NCBI RefSeq assembly: GCF_004010195.1
Contig: NC_057711.1
Location: 81,893,549-81,957,548, forward strand
Length of the DNA stretch: 64,000 bases
From: Chiloscyllium plagiosum
Lineage: Eukaryota
Direction: 5' to 3'
Shown: piece after piece, positions 54,955 to 64,000 of the stretch
Layout of the letters: each line of letters starts with the position of its first letter
Position numbering within the stretch: the first letter of the stretch is position 1
Notes under the pieces: model-generated
The model's database searches: none
What the model was told of the DNA's origin: nothing
Seen by the model: the letters and a program-made list of their open reading frames with translations, nothing else
Position numbers and translations under genes: made by a program

Positions 54955-57052
54955 CTAAGAATGTGAAATGACAACCATTATTAAACTGGTGTCTAAAAAT
55001 ACATGTAATAAAAATATTAAGGCAAATAGAATTGTATTGTGGGTTTACCTACAGCACGTGAACTGCAGCAGTTCGAGAAAGCATCTCACCACTATGTTCT
55101 GAAGAGCAACTGGGGATTGGCAGTAAATGCTGGCCAACCAGTGATGCCCACGCTCCATAAGGAAATTTTTAAAAATGAGCAAAATTACTAACTATTACCA
55201 TGGTCATCTTTCAAAGTATTGATGCTTCATTCAAGTTCTTGTTTGCTATTTGATCATGTGGGACTGAAGGTATGTACTCAACCAAATATTTACACCTGTA
55301 CTCTCCAGCAGGGTCATATCTATAGTGATTAGAATTGACATAGTTTGCTTATATTTTTCTCCTGCTAACAGACTCTGAAGCCAGTTGGGAAAGACAGAAC
55401 ACAGGTACATATCACTGCAACAATGCAAATCTGGTGAAAATTAATAAGAGCAGATCAGTAAGTTAAGGGCAAAATATCACACTCATGAAGAGAAGGAACA
55501 TTAAACCAGAGAGGGCTTCATTCAGAAACTATTGATAGAGGAACAGGAGCAATAAATATATATGGAACAGTAGAGGAAGAGAAAAAGAACAATTAAAAAG
55601 AAACAAGAAGCCAGCTAAGATAATCTTTAAAGGATTTGTCTATTTACAATTATTAGGTTATGTTTATCATCTTCCCATATCTGGGGTTGTTTAAGTACAA
55701 TGCAATAATCAACAATATGTTTATTAGCAAAATAATATGAGCCTCCATTTTTAACATTCCCTTGAAGTTTTAAACTTTGCATAAAAGTTCTCTGAAGAAC
55801 TGTAAGCTATCAATGGCATGGACCTCCTCTGGATGAGGCAGTAAATCAAAGTTCTACGATCCTCCTGTGGTATAAGTAAAAAAATTCCCAAAACACTATC
55901 CCAAAGCAAAAAATTATTGCAGTGCCCTGGCCCTCAGTCAAGCATCACTAATAAACAGATTAACTGGTCACGTACATTAATGTTGCTTGTGAAAACATTT
56001 TGATATGTATAAACTGGTTGCTCTGCTTGCCTACAACAGTGACTACTCTTCAAAAAGTACTTAATTGGCTGTAGTTGATCACTTGAGATGTCATGGGGAT
56101 CTGAGAAATTCTACCAAAATGCACATTCTTTCATTTTTGTTTCCTACTTAGTAGGTAAGTTTTTTTGTTCATTCATAGGGTGAGAGTATCATTATTTCCC
56201 AACCCTAACTGCTCTGGAGCAAGTATTGTATCTGGCCTATGTTGAGTCTCAGGCAACATTATCTTTTACATATTCTTCCATAAATCCATAATTGCTATTG
56301 GCAATTACAAAAACTATCTAAGATGCTTCACAGGAGCATAATTTGAGCTGGAAAGACATTGATCATAAATGTAAGTTTTACAGACGACTTTAAAGGAGGA
56401 CAGCAAAATAAAACAATAAGGAAGCTTAAGAATGACTTGAAGGAGTTAGGACCTAGACAACTGAAGGCACAACCATCAAAACTGAGAGAAGTGGAGAATG
56501 ATCAAGACTTCACAGAATCATAGAATGTTTATGGTTCAGAAAAGGGCCAATTGGCTCATGATGCCATCACTTTAAGTCTAGGCCTCAAGTGAATAGGCCC
56601 TTCCCATCCATCCTATCCATTTCCTTACAATTTTGTATATCTCAATCAAATCTCCCCTCTCCTCCTCCTCCTCACACACTGTCCCTTGGGCTTAGCAAAA
56701 AACAGGCAAGTGGGCAGCCAGGCAGACAAAGATGTTGTCAGCCAAGTAGACAAAAAAGTCTTGGAGTCCATCAACTCCAGCTGATTATGAAACATCACAA
56801 GATTTTGAAGATGACTCATCAAACCAAAGCCAAGCTGAATATTCTTGTCGATAACTGTTCAGTCTTGAGGAAGATGAAGATTCAGTATTATGCTGTTAGC
56901 CAAGACTGGCATGTACCATTACAGTAGCAACAACATTTAACTAGGTATAGTTTGTGGTAAATACTACAGAGTGTGCACACTGACTATCATTCATCCTGGT
57001 GATCCTGATATCATCTGGAGCATGCCATAACAAATCAGTGAGAAATAAACTT

Positions 57053-57451
57053 GTGGGTGGCACAGTGGTTAGCACAGCTGCCTCCCAGCGCCAGAGACCC
57101 GGATTCAATTCCCGCCTCAGGCGACTGACTGTGTGGAGTTTGCACGTTCTCCTCGTGTCTGCGTGGGTTTCCTCCGGGTGCTCCGGTTTCCTCCCACAGT
57201 CCAAAGATGTGCAGGTCAGGTGAATTGGCCATGCTAAATTGCCCACAGTGTTAGGTAAGGGGTAAATGTAGGGAGCTGAAAATGTGTTGCTGGAAAAGCG
57301 CAGCAGGTCAGGCAGCATCCAGGGAACAGGAGAATCGACGTTTCGGGCATAAGCCCTTCTTCAGGAATGTAGGGATATGGGTGGGTTGCGCTTCGGCGGG
57401 GCGGTGTGGAAGGGCCTGTTTCCACACTGTAAATAATCTAATCTAATCTAA
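57053..57451 (+). mobile_element. HE1-type V-SINE interrupted by a young PLE terminal fragment (57275-57365)
   Basis: tRNA-like head, V-domain gtttgcacgttctcctcgtgtctgcgtgggtttcctccgggtgctccggtttcctcccacagtccaaaga and (taatc)n tail; insert flanked by aatgtaggga at 57265-57274 and 57366-57375. Confidence 0.9.
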
Positions 57452-57459
57452 CTCTGAAA

Positions 57460-59990
57460 TGTTCTACACATAAAGGTATTTTGTTTAAACAAAATGCAAA
57501 AATTCCATATTTCTTAACTAACTTATCAACCTATCTTACAATCATTAGGGGCCTGTGGATATTCACTCCAATGTCTCTCACTTCAACACTCCCTATTAAT
57601 TATAGATTCCTTTGCCTTGTTCAGCTTGACCTCAAACATTTCTGGATTAAGTTCTATTTGTGCTTTTCTACCCACCTGACCAGTCCATTGATATCTTTCC
57701 ACTGTCTAAGACTATCCTCCTCACTAACAACCATGTAGCTATTTTTTTTCTCATCTGCACATTTCTTGATCATGCTCTGTGCATTTATATCTAAATTATT
57801 AACACACAGCACAAGAAACATTTACTAGTAATGCGCCCTGCAGGACATCACTGGAAACAGCCTTCCAGTTGAAAAGACATTTACCAATAATCACCCCTTG
57901 TTTCCTGTCACTGAGCCTACTTTATACCTAGCTTGCTTGTTACATTCTCATGGATCCCACTTGAGTTTAAATTTTTTTACAAATCTGTCATGTGATATCT
58001 TGTCAAAGGCCTTGCGAAGTAAACATTGACCACCTCAACTGCACTCCTCTCATCAGTACTCCTTCTTCAAGAATTCAATCAAATTAGATAGATACAATTT
58101 TCCATGAATCCATACTAACATTCCTTAACTAATCCATGTCCTTCTAAATGATTGGTTATTCTGCCTGACTGGTCTGTGATTATTTGGTCTATCCCTTGCT
58201 CCCTTTTTAAACAAACATAAAACACCAGCAGTATTCCAAACCTCCAACCTATATCCAGTGAGGATAGGAAAGAGATGTTCAGGCCTTCTGCCTTTCTTCT
58301 CTAACTTCTTTTAACATTTCATCTGGACCTATGATTTATCCACTTTCAAGGATGCTAATTCCATTAATAATTCCCCTCTCCTAACCTTTATCACACCCAA
58401 TACTTTAACCCCTCTTCAAATACAATATCTGCACCACTCTTCTTTTTATTAATAAACACAAAGCATTCTTTAAGAACCATAGGAGCAGCTTACACTCTAC
58501 ACATTGGGTATCTTTTCAGTCTTTTATGGGCCCTATTCTTTCCATAATTATCATCTTATGCTTAATGTATTGATAAAACGTTTTGAGTTCACCTTGATTT
58601 TACTTGTCAATATTATTTAATACCCTCTCTTTCCTTTCCTAATTTCCTGTAAGATCCTTGACATCCAGTGAACTCTAGATTTGGCTGTCCCACCTTTTTT
58701 CTTTGTGGGAACATGTTTACTTTGATCCCCTTGAATCTCTACTGAGATCGGACACTGACTTACTTTTAAGTAGACGTTTCTAGCCAATGTTTGCTCAATC
58801 AGCCTAATAAAATTGGCCTTGCTCCAATTGAGAATTCAACCTCTTCTTTTATGCATCTTTTTCCATAATTATATTAAAACTAACTGAATTATGATCACTA
58901 TCATCAAAATACTTTGCCAGTGCCCCTCCTTCCACCTTCCCAGCTTCATTTCCTTACTAGAAGTCCAAAACTGCCCTTCTCCTGTTGGACTTACTATATG
59001 TTACAAAGTAGTTTATACAAAAAAGTCCTTCTGGTTGCACCTCAAGAATACAGCTTCCTCCATTCCTTTCACGCCAAAACTATACGTTAATATCAGGATA
59101 TTTAAAATTCTGTTATTTTACTGCCATTTTGTTGAACCTATCAGAGATATGCCTATATCTTTGCTCTCAGGCTAATTTGGGCTGGATAATATAACCTCAG
59201 CAATATGACTGTCCTTTTTCAGTTCCTTCGGTCAATCCATATGGCTTCGTTTGACGATCCTTCTGACACAACATCCCTTCTCACAGCTGCAATTGTTTAT
59301 TGATCCAAAACTGTCAGCTCCCTTCTTTTGTAAACCTCTCCCCATCTGTATCTTAAAAGTCTGTAAGCAGTAACACTGAGCTATCATTATCCACTAATTG
59401 CCTCCCTTCTATTTTTATTTCTGATTTTGTCCCAATTGAATCTATCCTCAGATCTCTACCTCCCTATCAACTTAATTAAAACCCTCCCTAACAGCACCAA
59501 AACAACTCACAATGAACTCCAGGTCCCAGCTCTGTTTAGGTGTAACCCATATTGTCTGTACAGGTACCATCTGCCTCAAAGCTGGTCCCAATATCCAAAG
59601 AATCCAAAGCCATACCCGTTGCTCCAAATTTCCACCCACCCATTCAATCGCCTTATTTCCCTTTTTACTGTACACACTTGTTCTTGGCACTTATGCATGG
59701 GAGTGAATCAGAGACTGCTACTTTTAAGACCCTGATTGATCATTTTCACCTTAGTTCCCTAAATTCTGACCTCAGGACCATATCCTCTTTCTCCCTATAT
59801 TGGTTCTGCTGTGGAGTATCGGCTGTTCATGTTTGCCACCCCCGCCCGACTCCTGAGATTAAATATCACCCTCATCAGTATTTAGAAGTGGTTGGAGCTA
59901 GATCCATTCAGGGTATTCCTGCATTATCTGCCTGGTCCTTTGTGACTGTTTAGTAGTCACCCATTCCCTCTCTCAACATATTCTTAAGCT
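57460..59990 (-). mobile_element. Old, heavily decayed CR1 LINE
   Basis: Patchy homology along its length to the minus-strand CR1 at 48115-51705. Confidence 0.6.
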
Positions 59991-60964
59991 GTTGTTGACC
60001 ATAGAATCATAGAGACGTGCAGCACGGAAACAGACCCTTCGGTCCAAATCGTTCATGCCGACCAGATATCCTAAATTAATCTAGTCCCATTTTTCAGCAC
60101 TTGGCCCATAACCCTCTCAACCCTTCTATTCATACACCCATTCAGATGCCTTTTAAATATTGAAATTGTACCACCCTCCACCACTTCTTCTGGCAGCTCA
60201 TTCCATACACATCTATAAACATGCTATCCAAATAACTCTCTGGATGAATTTGACCCCAGAGTTGGAGAAATACATTTTTCAAAAGTTTACCAGACTGCTT
60301 AACAAACATCCAGTGCTGGATAAGCAGAAATCGTCTCTAATTAAATATTGGTGAAAAGGAAGCCATTGTTTTCAGTTGTCCCATCCTTTTCACTAGCAAA
60401 CCTAAGATAAACCTGTTCTGTTCACAACATTGGTGTCATGTTTGATCCTGAGTTGAGCTTCCACGTCATCTTTGTACTGTTTCCAAGAATACCTGTTTTC
60501 ACCTCTATAATGTTGCTTGACTTCCTGTTTCAGCTTATCTGAAACCTTCATCCATGCCTTCATAACCTCCTGATGTCTATTCCAACGCTGTCCTGGTTGG
60601 TCTGCCCAATTCTTTTTTCTCTAAACTTGAGGTCATCCAAAACATGTTGTCTGAGTCTTATCACATAGTAAATCCTATTCTATCAGCTCTGTCTTTGTTG
60701 ACTTGCATTGACTCCAAAACAACATCTTGATTTTCAAATTCTCGTTCTTGTTTCACGTCCTTATCTCTGTAATCTCCACAAGGCCGACAACATCCGCAAT
60801 ATCTGTGATCCTCTGATTCAGGACTCTTGTGCACTCCTAATCATTAGTGTTCCATTGTCAGTGGCCTTGCATTCAATTGCTTGGTTTCAAGATCTTGACG
60901 TCCCAGTCTATATTTCTCTGCCTCTACCTAATTTTCCTCCTTTAAGACACTTTTAAGACATTTA

Positions 60965-61282
60965 TGGGCGGCACAGTGGCACAGTGGTTAGCACTGCTGC
61001 CTCACAGCGCCAGAGACCCGGGTTCAATTCCCGCCTCAGGCGACTGACTAACTGTGTGAAGTTTGCACATTCTCCCAGTGTCTGCGTGGGTTTCCTCCGG
61101 ATGCTCCGGTTTCCTCCCACAGTCCAAAAATGTGCAGGTTAGGTGAATTGACCATGCCAAATTGCCCGTAGTATTAGGGGCAGGGGTAAAAGTAGGGGAA
61201 TGGGTCTGGGTGGGTTGCGCTTCGGTTGGTCGGTGTGGACTTGTTGGCCGAAGGGCCTGTTTCCACACTGTAAGTAATCTAA
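60965..61282 (+). mobile_element. HE1-type V-SINE, full length
   Basis: gggcggcacagtggcacagtggttagcactgctgcctcacagcgccagagacccgggttcaattccc head, V-domain and CR1-like tail; sits inside an L2 3' remnant (about 60410-61400). Confidence 0.9.
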
Positions 61283-63447
61283 TATAAAATCTACCACTTT
61301 GACCAACTGGTCATCCAACCAACAGTGCCTCATTTAGCTTGGTAACATACTTTGTTTTAATGCTCCAGTGAAGCATTTTGAATGATTCATTGTGTTGAAT
61401 ATCAATATATTGCTGTTGTACAGCTGGAAGACATGAGAGAGGGAGGGAGGGAGGATGGGTTCAGTTGGTCTCAATATCCTCAAGTATCCTGCTAGGACTT
61501 GGGCCAAGGACTAGCAAATGGGAGTAGGTTAGGTTAGGAAATCTGGTCAGCATGGAAAAGTTGGACCGAAGGGTCCATTTCTGTGCTGTACATCTCGAAA
61601 ACTTTATGACTTGCTGTGAAAATTCACATATATAATGTCTTGTTGGGTGACCAATTCCCATGGGAATGCAGTGGGTTAGAAATACATATACACATAAGGA
61701 CTGTGATGAACTGGAATACGGAACTGTTTGGACATTTCATATTAAAAAAGATGTTTACCGTATAGTTTCTGGGAGTTATATTCTGCAATAAGTACTGAAG
61801 GGATTATAGTCTGCTATAGTTTGTTCATTGTTTACAACAAATCAAGTGATTTTGGAGAAGCAAAACTTTTCAGAACAGATAAAAGATGAGATTCAACAAA
61901 CTGTTTTAAGGGGTCCTGACTTGGAAGCCCTGACTTTCTTGTCTATCATTATTCTGTAGACTGCAGTTGCTATTTTTTCCATCATATTTTACCTTCATCT
62001 CGCAACTTTATTGGAAGGTGTCTTCCCCTATCCCAGGCCTAGAGACCAAGTGGCTTCTTATGGCCCAGAATGGCAATTTAGGCCTGGTGCCTGGCTAGGC
62101 AGTCTCCCAATGTGACAGGTCTTGTCCAGGAAGGACGGCCTCAACCTCAAGTGGCATTTTTGTCCCAGTGTGGAAGTCCTGTCCCATCATGGTGGTCTTC
62201 TTCAGTGGCTTCTGGGTATTCGAGCAGCCTGGCATGAAGGTCTAGTTCTGGTGCAGAGGTCTCATCTTAGCGTAGAAGTCTCATCCTTGTTTCAGAGGCA
62301 GCTTCTGGATCTCCAATGGTCCAGTGGGGAGGTCTAGTCCTGGCATGGAGAGCTTGTCTCGGTGTGGCAAGACGGTTTCGGCCTAGCGTGGTAGTCTTGG
62401 CCTGGTCAAGCATGGCTGTTTTGGTCTGGTTTTCTAATGTACCCCAAACCCAGGATTTTTTAACTGAACTGTAATGGACTGTTGCATGTGTTTCTTCTTA
62501 TTTATAACTTCTATCATTAATTTAGGTGCCATAGTTTGATAACTTATAAAACTTTTCACTTTGTTTTGTCAAAATACACATTACAATAAATTGCTGTTCT
62601 ACTCTATTTTGTTCTAAACCAGAAACCACTGTCAAAATCTCTCTTGGCTAAAATATTATAAAAATCTGATAAACTTAAATATCAGGATTTCTAGTTGACT
62701 TTCATCTGATTTGATGATCACACTGATTGTACAACTGTCAGAATTGTGATTTCAATGACAGGAAGCTGACTGACTTATGAAAAGTCTTTTTTTTCTTTGA
62801 CATTGAACCCTTGGCCCCACTGGGGTATTTTCCCATTTGCCCTTACTCGCTATAGAGTTGTTCTGTCTTGTCTGTCACGTGATTGTGCATGTTTAAGGGG
62901 GCAAAGTTTACCTCCTAGCAGCTGCTTTATTGATACAGAGTTTTGCCTTGTAAGAATATATTTGTTTATAATAAACACATTATTTTTGAGCTTAGTGAAG
63001 TAAACCTATGAATACAAAGTCTCTGTTGTCATGGTGAAAAAGGTAGAAAAGCAGAGTTGAGGATTATCCGATCCACCATGAACTCATTAAATGGCAGAAC
63101 AGATTCAATGGGCTAAGTGACCTATTTCTACTCTAATGTCTTATCGCCTAAACAATTGTAAAAGGTCACAAGTGTGGAGAAAAATAAAATAAAGCAGAAT
63201 TGCTCAGATTGAAATGGAATTTTACAAAGTTAATGTTGCTACATTTACGGAAGGTAGGAGAATGTACAATCAGGAGGAAAGCAAATTAAAAGATTTGAGG
63301 TAAAGTTGTCAAACATAATTAATGCTGATTGTACAAAAAGCTGTAGGTTTTCAACTCTGCATAGTAGGATGCTCAAGAAAAAAAACATAACTACCAGCAT
63401 TTGCTATCTATGCCTCCACCACCAATGAAACAGGATGTAGATTTTCA

Positions 63448-63575
63448 ACTGAAAGAACTGTGGATGCTGTAAATCAGAAACAAAAACGGAAGTTTCGGGA
63501 AAATCTCAGCGGATCTAGCAGCATCTATGAAGAGAAATCAGAGTTAACTTTCGGGTCCAGTGACCCTTCCTCAGA
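63448..63575 (-). mobile_element. Short PLE family C terminal fragment with hammerhead-like core
   Basis: Minus strand CTGAGGA-A-GGGTC-ACTG-GACCC-GAAA-G-TT-AACT; 9-bp TSD agattttca at 63439-63447 and 63576-63584. Confidence 0.75.
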
Positions 63576-64000
63576 AGATTTTCACCTTGGTGGTCCTGAA
63601 GCCAGGAATTGGGGAGTTGGGCAATTAACCAATATCATGATACTACCTTGAGTAGCTGTTTCTGACCACCTCTTGAGTAGCTGTTCCTGTAAAAAAACCT
63701 GGAGTCAAGGCTCTCACTTCCTGAAGCATTGGGGGAAGTAAATGAGGGTAGACATTGGGTTGGGCACAGATGAATCCATTCTGTCCCATGACTGATAAAA
63801 GACTCACAAGCAGTGCCATCTTAGTGCTGAAAAAAATTGTACGATGTTCTGTGAGGAGACAGCTCACCGAGAGACAACTGTGAGCCCCATTGCTGATTAG
63901 CTCATTCGGTAATCTACTGCTGCCCTTTAAAAGTTGGTATAGTATGAAAAAACTTTAAATGAACTCCCAACCCAGTGCTTGACTAATCTGTTATCTTTGA

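Noticed and set aside
63647..63689. 18-bp direct repeat cttgagtagctgtt(t/c)ctg
   Set aside because: Small local duplication with no further structure.
54957..64000. Next upstream FRMD3 exon (expected to resemble CKLKFEGKTF)
   Set aside because: Searched by eye without finding it; it probably lies beyond the window.

Overview
Vertebrate genomic DNA, very likely from a shark or other elasmobranch (HE1-type V-SINEs, HER1/CR1 LINEs, Deu-domain SINEs). The only host gene is the 3' part of FRMD3 on the minus strand: five coding exons (54866-54954, 52491-52565, 43082-43150, 41653-41774, 9221-9822) with GT-AG boundaries and consistent reading phases. Most of the rest is decayed, often nested transposons (CR1, L2, RTE, Rex1/Babar, L1/Tx1, Penelope-like elements (PLEs), a Gypsy relic, MITEs, SINEs), plus one initiator tRNA-Met-like copy and a 458-nt assembly gap. 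The most notable signal is a dense set of short PLE terminal fragments from three families. Each carries a minimal hammerhead-ribozyme-like core with a different but base-pairing stem II, and many are fold-back inserts flanked by 9-15 bp target-site duplications (TSDs). There is also a perfect 52-bp-arm AT-rich palindrome and an old long inverted repeat downstream of the FRMD3 stop. All calls are by eye; no database search was run, and most repeat boundaries are approximate.
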